A stretch of DNA of 48,556 bases, from the IMG/VR virus record IMGVR_UViG_3300021057_000005, positions 1-48,556 of that record. One strand, written 5' to 3'. The stretch is from a virus. The notes below the pieces were generated by a model. That model was not told where the DNA came from and searched no databases. It worked only from the letters and a program-made list of their open reading frames with translations. The position numbers and the translations under genes were made by a program. Below, in pieces: positions 16,602 to 26,659 of the stretch; the first letter of the stretch is position 1; the number at the start of each line of letters is the position of its first letter.

Positions 16602-17771
16602 TTATTGATCTCCAAAAAATACTACGCCATTACCTTCGCAATCAATGGCGGCACCAGTCGCCTCATTTATTGTTAATACTCGATACGTAGATACACTGGC
16701 TCCATAAGTAGATTTGGTTGTAATAAATGTACGATCAGATGCACTGGACTGACACAATCCTGCCATGGCATAAGATGTGGAACTGAAATTCGTAGTAAAG
16801 GTGATTGTCGTGTCGCCAGTGGCGTTGTCAGTAAGAGAGGTGACGTTATAGCTTGCATTAATAGAAGTTGCTGTAGTAGTCACAAATCGAACCCATGCTT
16901 TGGCAGCACTTGGATGATAATGCTGTCTACCTGGAGTAACTACCGTAGTAGTGGATGTTGCTGTTTCTTGGTCGCTTTGTGCGGCTGCACCAGTTAACCC
17001 ATTAAAGGAAGTTCCTGTTGCAACGCCAATATCAGGAGTTGTTAATGTGGGAGAAGTTGCAAATACTAATGCACCTGATCCTGTTTCCCCGGTAACGGCA
17101 GATGCTAAGTTTGCAGAAGACGGTGTTGCTAAAAACGTCGCAACTCCTGTACCTAGACCAGATACGCCAGTGCTAATAGGCAGCCCTGTACAACTTGTTA
17201 AAGTGCCGGAAGTTGGCGTACCTAAAATAGGCGTAACTAATGTTGGAGTATTTGCAAATACTGCTGCTCCGGTGCCTGTCTCGTCAGTTAATGCAGCAAT
17301 TAAATTGGCACTAGATGGAGTAGCTAAAAACGTAGCCACATTTGTTCCTAGGCCTGATACACCAGTACTTATAGGAAGTCCTGTACAGCTAGTTAAAGTA
17401 CCTGATTGTGGAGTACCTAGAATTGGCGTAGTAAGAGTAGGAGAGGTGAGAGTTTTATTAGTTAAAGTTTCTGATCCTGCTAACGTTGCTAATGTTCCAG
17501 TAGTAGGAAATGTAACAGTTGTGGTGTTGGTTAAAGTCCCAGTAAACGCGAATGCTCCAGACAATGTAAAGGCACCTGCAATACTAATTGCATTGCCGTT
17601 ATATTGTAGCGCTGTAATATTAACTGCTGCAGAAGATAATTGGAGAGGGCAACTTGTCCCTTCTCCATCTGATACATTACGTAGAGTAGTATCGATACCA
17701 GAATTGCTATTAGAAACTTGTAAAAGATCTTTATAACTATCTGTGATGTATTGACCTGTTAATGTGGCCAT
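16602..17771 (-). CDS. second fiber/spike protein with an internal duplication
   Basis: [32 protein letters not shown]...ETG.GA.VFA..PTL..P.LGTP.SG occurs twice; Thr/Gly/Ala-rich. Confidence 0.5.
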   Translation of the reverse strand: MATLTGQYITDSYKDLLQVSNSNSGIDTTLRNVSDGEGTSCPLQLSSAAVNITALQYNGNAISIAGAFTLSGAFAFTGTLTNTTTVTFPTTGTLATLAGSETLTNKTLTSPTLTTPILGTPQSGTLTSCTGLPISTGVSGLGTNVATFLATPSSANLIAALTDETGTGAAVFANTPTLVTPILGTPTSGTLTSCTGLPISTGVSGLGTGVATFLATPSSANLASAVTGETGSGALVFATSPTLTTPDIGVATGTSFNGLTGAAAQSDQETATSTTTVVTPGRQHYHPSAAKAWVRFVTTTATSINASYNVTSLTDNATGDTTITFTTNFSSTSYAMAGLCQSSASDRTFITTKSTYGASVSTYRVLTINEATGAAIDCEGNGVVFFGDQ

Positions 17772-17783
17772 ATTAATCTCCTA

Positions 17784-18413
17784 TTAACGATTGCCGGAGA
17801 TAATACGCATTTGCAATTCTGCGCCGGAAGAGTAAGAATTTACTTGGATTTTGAGGGCCGTTGCGTGCACCGTGCATTGAGCAGTAGTATCAGCTGTTTT
17901 AGACGCAAGTGCAGAAATACTATTCCAAACAGCAGCACTGGTTCCTTCAGCTAAAACATTTACAAAAGTTTCATAAACAGTAAAGTTAATAGTGCCAGTT
18001 ACATCAACAGCGATTGTTGGCGCCAGGCCTTGATAAAAATCCAATGGGATTGTGTGAGATTCTGCTGATAAAGTAGTAGCAACTGTGCCAACTTCTACAT
18101 CACTTGCAACTGTGGCGCTAGGAGTTACACTAGTTATTGTTTTGAATAGTTTTGTTGATACAACAGTGCTATTATTAGGACCTGTTATACCAGACTCTGT
18201 AATTGAATTTCCATTTGCATCCGTTCCGACTATAGTAAACGTGCCGCCAGAAAAATTTGCGGCCGAATAAATGCCAATGATTCTGGCATAGTCTAACGTA
18301 GTTCCTAACGCTCCGTTCAAAGTTAGTGCTGTACTAGCTGTCGTATTTTGGGCTTGCGCAATTCCATCGCGATCCATTGCATCTAAATCGATGTCAATTA
18401 ATTTGGGTCTCAT
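17784..18413 (-). CDS. structural protein (hypothetical)
   Basis: 209 aa, Thr/Ala-rich and beta-like, between the capsid and fiber genes. Confidence 0.35.
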   Translation of the reverse strand: MRPKLIDIDLDAMDRDGIAQAQNTTASTALTLNGALGTTLDYARIIGIYSAANFSGGTFTIVGTDANGNSITESGITGPNNSTVVSTKLFKTITSVTPSATVASDVEVGTVATTLSAESHTIPLDFYQGLAPTIAVDVTGTINFTVYETFVNVLAEGTSAAVWNSISALASKTADTTAQCTVHATALKIQVNSYSSGAELQMRIISGNR

Positions 18414-18494
18414 AAGAATTCCTGTAATTTAGATTCGCGAATTGCGAATAGATAAGAATGAGTGGGGCGCATTTTATATCCAGCCCCGAAGATA

Positions 18495-18959
18495 TTAAGC
18501 AGCAGTTACGCCGCCTTCTTTTAACACTGCCCATTTAGCTAGGCCAGATATTGAAACCAATACTAGGTAGTCGCCAGCATCATTAAACGTGATGCTTGTG
18601 CTTCCAGAAGATTGTCCTACGATATTGGTACTTGCTAAGGTCCCGTCACCGCCATCTGTTAACATGCGAATGGTTTTAATCATTCCTGGTTTGGTAGGTG
18701 CCGCTAACGTTAATGCATCAGCTGCTGTAGTTACTAAATTGGTATGTGGTACTGTTACAGAAATTGCGCCCGCGCCAGTGACTGTTTCTGTCATTGCAGA
18801 ATCATCACAACGAGCATTAACTTCTGCTGCAGTAGCAGTAAGTAATGTTCCGCCAAGTTTTAAACCTTTTGCAGAAGCATCATGTTCGACGATATCTACA
18901 GTATCATTTGCAAAATCAACTGCTATATTACCGCCATATATTTTACCGATTGTACTCAT
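18495..18959 (-). CDS. structural protein (hypothetical, possibly head-associated)
   Basis: Internal ATG (MSTIGKIYGG...) after GAGAGAAAATAAT; follows the capsid gene. Confidence 0.35.
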   Translation of the reverse strand: MSTIGKIYGGNIAVDFANDTVDIVEHDASAKGLKLGGTLLTATAAEVNARCDDSAMTETVTGAGAISVTVPHTNLVTTAADALTLAAPTKPGMIKTIRMLTDGGDGTLASTNIVGQSSGSTSITFNDAGDYLVLVSISGLAKWAVLKEGGVTAA

Positions 18960-19036
18960 ATTATTTTCTCTCATTTGTTAGCATTTAAATCCATTTAAAC
19001 GGTTTTCCGACTAACGTGAATGAAACTTAGAAGGAA

Positions 19037-19053
19037 GGAGGCTCCCAGCCCCC
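19037..19053 (-). terminator. stem-loop after the capsid gene (candidate attenuating terminator)
   Basis: The minus strand reads GGGGGCT-ggg-AGCCTCC followed by TTCCTTCT. 7-bp stem whose G-U pair exists only on the minus (gene) strand. Confidence 0.4.
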
Positions 19054-19072
19054 TGTCCTAAGTTGTTATTGA

Positions 19073-19981
19073 CTAAACACCTGCGCTTAAGAACACGCCT
19101 CTGAAATCAGACCAACCAGCACTGGTACGCATATCAACAGAGAACTGTGCGTTCTTCGTTAAGAAGTCATTATCAGTGTCGATTTCCATGTCTTGGCGAA
19201 CTTTAAATTTCAAGCCGTCAGGACTATCGGTTATTATTTGGAATTGGTCTACGTCAGTGAGATATGGACTTGCAACGATATCGTTAATGCCTAAGACACC
19301 TTTGATAAAGTTGAGATCGTTATCTGCAGTTGCTACGCGGCCGTTAGAGCCAAGAATACGCTCAGCATCCGGTAAGAGTTCTACTGGAATAACAAGCTTC
19401 TTTGGTAGCAAGTTGATTTTCAATCCACGATTGTCAGTTGCTTTGCGAATGTTAATATACATTTGCTCAAGCGATGCTTCAGATAGATCTGCCGCAGTGA
19501 TAATATTGGATTGGTTGCCAGCCCGACTTGGATGCGCAGCAGATGCTAAAATAACGCCATCGCCGCCATCTTGAGTGTATCCGGAGGTGTATGCATAATT
19601 TAAAATATTATGCCCAAGAATTTCCTTGGTCTGCATTGCGCTACGTTTCAATTGATCCGTAAATCGTTTTGCATTCTTCATCGCTTTACCATCTTGCATC
19701 ATTTCTTTCGTAATAATGAAACCTAATGAGTAGGTTAAATGGGTGTAGCGAGGGGTATATTCTTGTCTAGAAGAATCAAAGGTTAGTGAATTGCCTTCAT
19801 CCTTACGTTGCAAAGTTCCCATTCCAGTGATTACTGCATCTACGTCAAATGCATCAGTAGAAGATTCTACTTGCATGAATTGACTAAATAGTTGGGGGTG
19901 ATCTTTATAGGAATCGCCAAACCATTTTTTTACAATTGGTTTGAGATCCGACTGGAAGGAACTAACATTAATTAAACTCAT
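19073..19981 (-). CDS. major capsid protein (putative)
   Basis: 302 aa, downstream of portal and scaffold, followed by a stem-loop; no motif-level proof. Confidence 0.55.
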   Translation of the reverse strand: MSLINVSSFQSDLKPIVKKWFGDSYKDHPQLFSQFMQVESSTDAFDVDAVITGMGTLQRKDEGNSLTFDSSRQEYTPRYTHLTYSLGFIITKEMMQDGKAMKNAKRFTDQLKRSAMQTKEILGHNILNYAYTSGYTQDGGDGVILASAAHPSRAGNQSNIITAADLSEASLEQMYINIRKATDNRGLKINLLPKKLVIPVELLPDAERILGSNGRVATADNDLNFIKGVLGINDIVASPYLTDVDQFQIITDSPDGLKFKVRQDMEIDTDNDFLTKNAQFSVDMRTSAGWSDFRGVFLSAGV

Positions 19982-19996
19982 GATTTAGTTCCTCGA

Positions 19997-20572
19997 TTAA
20001 GTGATAGAATCAGCAGTTGTTAAGGCGTGTTCGAAAATGATTACTTCTAATACTGCACCAGCAGAGGCTGCGGCAGCATTTGTACCATCTCTTTTAACAC
20101 CAACAATTTTTAGATTCGCTGTAGTGGTTTTAGCATCACTAGAATCAAGCATAGTGCCTGACATACCAGTAACGGTTGAGCCAGAAGCTACGATAATGTC
20201 CGCATTTGCCATTGCACCAACATTTGCTGCAGAAACCACTCCGCCATCAGCATCTTCCTGTATTTGGAAAACTGCATCTGGATCATCACAAACTAAAACA
20301 TACCTATTTGTACTGGCTGCACGAATGTTGCCAGTGTAGAGCAAAGAAGCGTCTGGTAGAAAACCAACGACTGCGCCAAGCAAGGCGTTACCAGCAGTTG
20401 CGCGTTTTACCACAGAAACTTCACTTTTTGGGTCCATTGCATTCACTAGTTCTACCGCATCGCCTATTAAAAGTGCGGTGCTATCAGTAGAAGGAACATA
20501 ATACGTTCTTACACGTACAGCTTGTCCGCCTCTAATGTTTCGAACTGGAATCAGACCAAAGCCTGTTGCCAT
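19997..20572 (-). CDS. head protein (decoration/cement?, hypothetical)
   Basis: 191 aa, Ala/Val/Gly-rich, immediately before the capsid gene. Confidence 0.3.
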   Translation of the reverse strand: MATGFGLIPVRNIRGGQAVRVRTYYVPSTDSTALLIGDAVELVNAMDPKSEVSVVKRATAGNALLGAVVGFLPDASLLYTGNIRAASTNRYVLVCDDPDAVFQIQEDADGGVVSAANVGAMANADIIVASGSTVTGMSGTMLDSSDAKTTTANLKIVGVKRDGTNAAAASAGAVLEVIIFEHALTTADSIT

Positions 20573-20592
20573 AAATTAAAACTCCGAATATA

Positions 20593-21024
20593 TTAATTAT
20601 TTGTCCTTTTGACGTCTCCGGTTTGGAATTCTTTTGGGATGCCTGTATTACCCAACATTGCATCTTGTTCGTCGGCTTTTTCTTTTTTCAACTTGAGGAT
20701 TTCTTCTCTGTCTTCATTAGAAATTCTCATTACTATTCCTTGTCGATGTTTGCGAATTCCTATTTCTACTTCCACAGCAGATCCTACAGAATGCGGGGCA
20801 TCTACTGAATTATTGCCAACTGATAGATCTTGAGTAACAATCTCATATCCCAAATTTTTTAATCTCTCAATTTGTCCTGGTTTGTCTGCATCCACGATCC
20901 GAAGGTGATATCCGTCTTCCTTATATTCATCGGGTATGTGTAACCGACCAGCATTTTCTAAGTCTGCTCTTCGCAGTTTCTTCTTTTTTGGTTGTTCTTT
21001 TTTGGTATCTACTTTCTTGTTCAT
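20593..21024 (-). CDS. hypothetical head-module protein
   Basis: 143 aa with a highly charged N-terminus (KKEQPKKKKLRR). Confidence 0.4.
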   Translation of the reverse strand: MNKKVDTKKEQPKKKKLRRADLENAGRLHIPDEYKEDGYHLRIVDADKPGQIERLKNLGYEIVTQDLSVGNNSVDAPHSVGSAVEVEIGIRKHRQGIVMRISNEDREEILKLKKEKADEQDAMLGNTGIPKEFQTGDVKRTNN

Positions 21025-21929
21025 TTATTTAATTCTCCAATTAGCTCTAATTGTTTTGCGTATTCTTCTATATCAAAAGATGGATCTACTGATTTTGCTT
21101 GTTTGGCAAATTCCTTCTGTCTATCACTCATTTTTGCGGACAACGATGATTTACTTGCTGATCCTGACGTAGTTGATGTCCCTACAGCAGCGGGCCTGCT
21201 TCTGTTTTGGTTTTCAAAACGATGTGGATATAGTCCTTTAACAATCTCTTCAACTTCATGTAAATGCTCTTTGATTGTTAATGTCTTTCCTAGCCGTTGT
21301 GCTCGCTTTGCAACTAATGCATCTGCTGCAACAGTTGCTTCTGCCATTTCCCGGTTTTCTGGAGTAGACGTATTGAACCATTCCTTATGTTTTTCCTTAA
21401 ACTCTAGTAATTCAGGCTCAATTGGTTGGGCTGGAGATGCTTGCTCAGAAGGAACAAAATCTTGTTCGACTTGTTTTATTGCTTCGTGTGTTACATTTAA
21501 TTTTTCTTCAGCTAAATTAAATGCATCAACGTCTCCTAATTCTACTGCCTTACGACGCTCATCTTGAATTTCGCGAAGAGCTTTTTCGTATGCTGCTTTT
21601 TCTGTCTTTTTTAAATGGGAGGATAGCCCCTTTACTACATCCGACAGCTCATCTACTTTCTTTTGAGAATTTTTGAAGCTTTTCAACAAAGATCCATATC
21701 GTAGAAATTCTTTGGCAGATACACGATTTTCGCCTTGGTAGTTTGGGTCCCATCCTGCTTTTTTTGCTTCTTCCTCTTCGACAGATAAAGTTGGTTCAGA
21801 AGATGTTTGATCAACTACATCCTCTACCTCTTGTTCAGCTGTCAAGGAATCCTTGACTACTGCTTCTTCTAATCCTAATTCTTTTCGTGCTTCTTCTATT
21901 TCTCTTTTAAAATCTGCTGGTGTTGTCAT
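21021..21929 (-). CDS. scaffolding protein (putative)
   Basis: 302 aa, acidic, Glu/Lys-rich helical sequence, located between portal and capsid. Confidence 0.5.
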   Translation of the reverse strand: MTTPADFKREIEEARKELGLEEAVVKDSLTAEQEVEDVVDQTSSEPTLSVEEEEAKKAGWDPNYQGENRVSAKEFLRYGSLLKSFKNSQKKVDELSDVVKGLSSHLKKTEKAAYEKALREIQDERRKAVELGDVDAFNLAEEKLNVTHEAIKQVEQDFVPSEQASPAQPIEPELLEFKEKHKEWFNTSTPENREMAEATVAADALVAKRAQRLGKTLTIKEHLHEVEEIVKGLYPHRFENQNRSRPAAVGTSTTSGSASKSSLSAKMSDRQKEFAKQAKSVDPSFDIEEYAKQLELIGELNK

Positions 21930-21930
21930 C

Positions 21931-22236
21931 TTATTCCTCGACTATTTCTGCTAAAATATCTAAATCTTTCATTAAACGGCTTTCTTTCCCTGATGCATTT
22001 CTTTCCAATTCTTTTCCGCCGTATCTTGCAAATACGACTTTGTCGCCTACTTTGATTTGGGATTCTCCATCTCCAAAATCGCCAAATGCTTGTGGCCCTA
22101 TTGCTAATACTGTTCCTTCTGCCTTTGCATTCTTTTCTCTTTCGGAAACATCTAAAATAATTCCTCCGGAGCTCTTTTCTTCAGTTCTATCTACTGAGAC
22201 AATGACCATGGTAGTAAGGGGTCTATATTTCCTCAT
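21931..22236 (-). CDS. groES: GroES-like co-chaperonin
   Basis: MRKYRPLTTMVIVSVDRTEEKSSGGIILDVSEREKNAKAEGTVLAIGPQ...IKVGDKVVFARYGGKEL...LMKDLDILAEIVE aligns by eye with GroES (RPLHDRVIV...SAGGIVL...G.VLAVG...VKVGD.V.F..Y.G...ESDILA). Confidence 0.7.
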   Translation of the reverse strand: MRKYRPLTTMVIVSVDRTEEKSSGGIILDVSEREKNAKAEGTVLAIGPQAFGDFGDGESQIKVGDKVVFARYGGKELERNASGKESRLMKDLDILAEIVEE

Positions 22237-22487
22237 TTTTTTCCCTCGCCTTGTTTATCTTGCAATTCGTTATGAAAAAATGAATCTGTATCTAATAAAA
22301 ACTCTATTGTGTGTATTTGGCCTTTTAGAGCCGCCAACATGTATTTATCTACGTCTTTTGCTGAGTGCGCCGACAAAACAATATCTATAATCCTTTCTTC
22401 ATGTGCTATTTGGTGTTCTTTCAAAAGGCGTATCAGTATCTGGGTTACTGGGTGTTTTTCCCAATCAAGAAGGATTTCCGGTTTCAT
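22233..22487 (-). CDS. hypothetical protein
   Basis: Internal ATG (MKPEILLDWEK...) with a GAGGT RBS; the longer track ORF would overlap the portal by 77 nt. Confidence 0.4.
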   Translation of the reverse strand: MKPEILLDWEKHPVTQILIRLLKEHQIAHEERIIDIVLSAHSAKDVDKYMLAALKGQIHTIEFLLDTDSFFHNELQDKQGEGKK

Positions 22488-24459
22488 TTGGTACCTCTGC
22501 TTGTTGTGCAGACATATCTTTTTCATGCTGCATTTGGTCATAAGCTAAATTTTTATCTTGTTGGGTGTGGATCGCATCTAATTGGGTCTTCAATATGTCC
22601 AATTGGTTCATATAATCTTGCATTTGCGTTCCTGCTTCTGCTGCCTCTGCTTGTGCCAGAGACTTAATCGCATCAGCTTTTATTTTTGCTAACTCGCATT
22701 CCGTGCGATAAGTTTCAAGCGCAAATCTTTTTTCTTCTAGCGCCAATTCTCTTCCTTTGATATTCAATTCTTGTGCTCTTGCTTCAATATCCGCTTGGAC
22801 TTTAATAACTTCAGGATTTGGCTGTTGTTGTTCTTCTTTTGGAATTAGTAATGCTTCTGGATTAGGAATATTTGCAAATTCAAAAATGCGCTTATATATT
22901 TCTTCAACATTGATGCCCGGCTGCCCAATTAATCCCATCAAGAACTGGTTCTTTGCGGCTCGTTGTGCATCAGAGGAAAGATTTGGATCTGCTACTGGCA
23001 TGATATTTATTTTGCTGAAATCAAAATCTTTTCTAGCTACTGCCAGCTGATCATCTAGGACTTCTACATAAGAACTTTCTTCTAAGTACAATGAATTTAA
23101 CATAAATAATTTTCTATATTCATTGGACAAAGATCGGTATACTCGGCGTTGTATGGAGGTAAATACCTTCATTCCTTGCTCAATCAACGCCATTACAGCG
23201 CCTGATTTAGCGTTATCTGTACCAGAGTTTCCGCTCATTACTTCAGTGGACGAGGAAAGATCTTTCGATGCAGCAATCAACAGCCCTAATAATTGATATA
23301 AAACAGAAGAGGGCTCTTTGTAGTTAACCGGAAGCATGCCGTCTTTTAATGCCATATTTAAAGATTTGATCTTCTTCCACTGTCCTGGTTCATGTAAAGA
23401 ATCAGCACTACCTAGCACAGTTAGCCTTGAGTCCATATAGCCGCCTTGCATATTGGCAAGTTTTCCGGCATCGATTAATTGGTTTAGAATAGTATTAACT
23501 GTTTCATTTAAATGGAGCATTAATATTCCAAAACCAACACTTTGGAATTTTCCTTTTGGAGAAACTAAAAAGTGGTAATCTGTAAAATATTGCAGGGGCT
23601 TTATATAAACTAACTTACTTTTCTCGGCTACAATAGATTCTTCAGTAAATCGCGCTACAATTCGTAATACTCTTCCTTGATCTTTGCTGACAGTAACAAT
23701 ATATGGTTCTGAATAACCGTCATTATCTAAATCAAGATACGTATGTTGTTCTACTGCTAATATTTCTCGATCTAGCTCGTCTTTTTCATATAATTTAATA
23801 ATCTCATCAACAGGCTTCGACAAATATAGATCGGCATTCTTATGTTCAATTAAATCATTTAACCTTAAATGTAATACATGAGATATTCTTCGAGCATCTT
23901 CTAAGCTCTTTATTTCTGAATTAACAATTAAGTCTTCATAATCGCAAATAATAGATTTATTTATTTTTCTAATAGGATCAAAATAAGTTTTTTTACAAAG
24001 GAATCCAACCAATGGCAATAAATTTAATGCTCTGTCTAACTCCAATTCCCATTCTTGGTTTTCATATAAAAGCTGATAATTCATAAAGTCAGAGACACGA
24101 TCTGCCTGTTTTGCCTTCTCTCCAGTAGGATCTTTGCCGATAACTCGTCCTTTTACTAATTTGCCATCGCGAATAATCTCTGGATATGTCCTAGAAGAAA
24201 ATTCGTAACATGCTTTAGTGATGAGAGGAAATTTAATATTGGCAGAATCGGGTAGGGGGTAGCTTTTCTTTTCTTTGGTTAGTGCTGCTAACTTCATTAC
24301 TTCATTAACATCATTCATCCAAGATTGCGACGATCCCAAATCCTCTTCATAACCGCGAATTACTCGTTGGCCGATGTCCTGTAAAGTCTGTTCGTCAAGC
24401 TCTGTTGCAATATTTGGGTTATTTACAAATTCTTTTAGCTTGTTTATTGTCATTATCAA
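22465..24459 (-). CDS. portal protein (putative)
   Basis: 664 aa, ATGA-coupled directly downstream of TerL; the acidic/helical C-terminus is typical of portals. Confidence 0.65.
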   Translation of the reverse strand: MIMTINKLKEFVNNPNIATELDEQTLQDIGQRVIRGYEEDLGSSQSWMNDVNEVMKLAALTKEKKSYPLPDSANIKFPLITKACYEFSSRTYPEIIRDGKLVKGRVIGKDPTGEKAKQADRVSDFMNYQLLYENQEWELELDRALNLLPLVGFLCKKTYFDPIRKINKSIICDYEDLIVNSEIKSLEDARRISHVLHLRLNDLIEHKNADLYLSKPVDEIIKLYEKDELDREILAVEQHTYLDLDNDGYSEPYIVTVSKDQGRVLRIVARFTEESIVAEKSKLVYIKPLQYFTDYHFLVSPKGKFQSVGFGILMLHLNETVNTILNQLIDAGKLANMQGGYMDSRLTVLGSADSLHEPGQWKKIKSLNMALKDGMLPVNYKEPSSVLYQLLGLLIAASKDLSSSTEVMSGNSGTDNAKSGAVMALIEQGMKVFTSIQRRVYRSLSNEYRKLFMLNSLYLEESSYVEVLDDQLAVARKDFDFSKINIMPVADPNLSSDAQRAAKNQFLMGLIGQPGINVEEIYKRIFEFANIPNPEALLIPKEEQQQPNPEVIKVQADIEARAQELNIKGRELALEEKRFALETYRTECELAKIKADAIKSLAQAEAAEAGTQMQDYMNQLDILKTQLDAIHTQQDKNLAYDQMQHEKDMSAQQAEVPNETGNPS

Positions 24460-25985
24460 TACCCGGTGATATCAGATTTTCCGTAACCGTCAGAATGATT
24501 ACGAACCGAATGTCGTGAATGCTCTTCTTCAAATTCGCAGTAAGATTGTGCTAACTCATCAAATCTGGAGTCGGCATAACGAAGGGCATCTAGTAAATGG
24601 TCTTCTTGGTTTTTGGCTATTTTGTTTGGATCATTGAGATCATATTTATAAACACGAATCTCATTTAATAATTCTTCACACGTGATAAAAATCTTTAACG
24701 CGCCGGATTCAAATTGTGCCAACAGCTTTGATATTCCTGTTGTTGGATCTCCATTTCCTGGTATTAAATTCAATCCAAGAGAAATAAAATAATCAATCTT
24801 GTCCGTGCCATCATCTCGTTTGTGTTTTGCTCCGTGTGGATCGATTGCTCCTTGCATCCATTCACCACGTCGTTTGATCGCGTCAGCATGAATCAAGTCA
24901 ATTACTTTTCCATGCTTATATTCTGAATATACATACTTAACATTAGTTGCAGGATCTTCTGCTATCCATACTGCTGCTGTTGCATTCCAACCTGGATCTA
25001 ATCCGTAGGATTTTTTCCAATAGCTGGGAATTTTAAAGGGTCTTACAACAACAAATTCTTCATCAATTGGGTATACTCGACCAGAACCCAGTGCAGGAAT
25101 CCCTTTTGATCGCGCATCACGCTCATTAGCAGAATATTCTTGTAATTGAGCGTCTTTCCATTTCTGTGATAAGTGGGGGCAATCGTCCCAAGTCGCAGAT
25201 ACAACCCATTTTTCTGGGTTTGTTGGATGTATTCCGTCTCTTGGCATAACGCCATTAGGCAAAAATCCTAATACAACAGTTGAAAACCCAAGAAGAGGAG
25301 TAAAAGTGCAATAAAGGATTCCTTCTTCGCCTTCATCCCCGGCAGTACGTGTAATACACTCTGAATAAATCTTATAATCGTTTGGTTCTTCATCTAACCA
25401 GATAACATCTCGCTTTGTTCCTTGGAAATTTTGCCAACCTTGCTCGTATGTTTTGAAATCTATTTGAGACCATCCATCAAAAACACCATTTGTATAGTGC
25501 CTCATACGAGCAGTACCTACACAATTCGCTGTTCCCGACATATTCCATGTTTGAATGTCTTTTCTATCGTCTAGCAACACATCTCTTGGAATTATTCCAG
25601 TGCCTTTATCACTAAAATCGCCAAACAACAGCTCTTGAATGCCTTCTCTCAACTGCTTATTTTCAATTGCTGCTGCCCATGCCTTAATGGGTCTGTTAAA
25701 ACGTCTTCCGGTCCACCAATGGGGGTATTTTCCCGTCATATGGCATACTAATTCGTATGCTCCTGCGAATGATTTACCTACCCGGTTGCCTGCAATAAAA
25801 GCTCTTCTTGAGTGTCTGGCTCCTGCCTCAAAGAAAGAAATATGCTTTGGGTACATTTCTCTTCGATATTTACCAGAATCTGGGAAAGCAAAGTCGAATT
25901 TATTATATTTTTTAGAGTCTGTTAGATGTTGTAACGTGGTTACAAGTTCTAACAATTGCTCTTTATTCAGGTTCTCTAGGTTCAT
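24456..25985 (-). CDS. terL: terminase large subunit
   Basis: 509 aa. Walker A AGNRVGKSFAG, Walker B-like VIWLDEEP, C-terminal nuclease-like half (...DEDHLLDALRY). Confidence 0.85.
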   Translation of the reverse strand: MNLENLNKEQLLELVTTLQHLTDSKKYNKFDFAFPDSGKYRREMYPKHISFFEAGARHSRRAFIAGNRVGKSFAGAYELVCHMTGKYPHWWTGRRFNRPIKAWAAAIENKQLREGIQELLFGDFSDKGTGIIPRDVLLDDRKDIQTWNMSGTANCVGTARMRHYTNGVFDGWSQIDFKTYEQGWQNFQGTKRDVIWLDEEPNDYKIYSECITRTAGDEGEEGILYCTFTPLLGFSTVVLGFLPNGVMPRDGIHPTNPEKWVVSATWDDCPHLSQKWKDAQLQEYSANERDARSKGIPALGSGRVYPIDEEFVVVRPFKIPSYWKKSYGLDPGWNATAAVWIAEDPATNVKYVYSEYKHGKVIDLIHADAIKRRGEWMQGAIDPHGAKHKRDDGTDKIDYFISLGLNLIPGNGDPTTGISKLLAQFESGALKIFITCEELLNEIRVYKYDLNDPNKIAKNQEDHLLDALRYADSRFDELAQSYCEFEEEHSRHSVRNHSDGYGKSDITGY

Positions 25986-26460
25986 TCGGGATATCGATGA
26001 TCTCTTGGTTATTATCTAGAAGTTTTAACTGTGCTATTTGCGTCTGTGCTAGTTGTAATAACTCGTTAATGCTTTTTCCTTCCAACAGATTGATATTTCC
26101 ACTAACATTTATTTGTGTATTGTTAGTCACTGCCGGTGTTTTGTCTTCTCGTCCCCATCCAAACTTCGTGCTGACAAGATAAGCACAATATTTATATCCT
26201 CTATCATCTCCTTCTTCGAACTTCTTCCTCATTTGTCTAGTCCACCATGCTTCGCATTTGACTAAACCTATCTTGTATGCTTCTTGTAATTCTGGATATT
26301 TCTTCCGCCATGCAATGAATGTCTCATGGCTTACATCCCATTTTGCGAATATTTCATAATCCAACATTCCTTGTTCCATTAATCCTGACAATTCGTCGAC
26401 ATATTCCTTCTTGTATTTAGGGGGTCTGCCTCCCTTATTCTTTTTAATTTGCTCTGTCAT
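25963..26460 (-). CDS. terS: terminase small subunit (putative)
   Basis: 165 aa. N-terminus KGGRPPKYKKEYVDEL...FAKWDVSHETFIAWRKKYPELQEAYK is an HTH typical of TerS; overlaps the terL start. Confidence 0.6.
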   Translation of the reverse strand: MTEQIKKNKGGRPPKYKKEYVDELSGLMEQGMLDYEIFAKWDVSHETFIAWRKKYPELQEAYKIGLVKCEAWWTRQMRKKFEEGDDRGYKYCAYLVSTKFGWGREDKTPAVTNNTQINVSGNINLLEGKSINELLQLAQTQIAQLKLLDNNQEIIDIPNEPREPE

Positions 26461-26659
26461 GTGGATGTTTCAAAAATAAATTAAAAAGACGATTGATTTG
26501 GCATTTTATTTCGGATATATCTTCTTTAATTGGATCTATTTTATCTCCGACAATTTGTCTTACTGACGATTCTGATACTGATTCTGTAAGTTTGCGGATG
26601 ACATATCCTGCTATTGCTGAGATTATTGCGATCAAAATAGGAATTAGTAGTGGTTGCAT
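26444..26659 (-). CDS. small N-terminally anchored membrane protein (lysis-associated?)
   Basis: MQPLLIPILIAIISAIAGYVI then a charged tail; follows the holin-like gene. Confidence 0.3.
   Translation of the reverse strand: MQPLLIPILIAIISAIAGYVIRKLTESVSESSVRQIVGDKIDPIKEDISEIKCQINRLFNLFLKHPHDRAN

Noticed and set aside
16951-17736. 261-aa plus-strand ORF, with similar long antisense ORFs at 7152-7505, 7569-7889, 8274-8588, 9212-9793, 10184-10726, 15302-15598, 18589-18981, 19176-19574, 20001-20490 and 20992-21567
   Set aside because: All lie entirely inside longer minus-strand structural genes with biased, repeat-rich composition. They lack RBSs and read as low-complexity translations. These are shadow ORFs.
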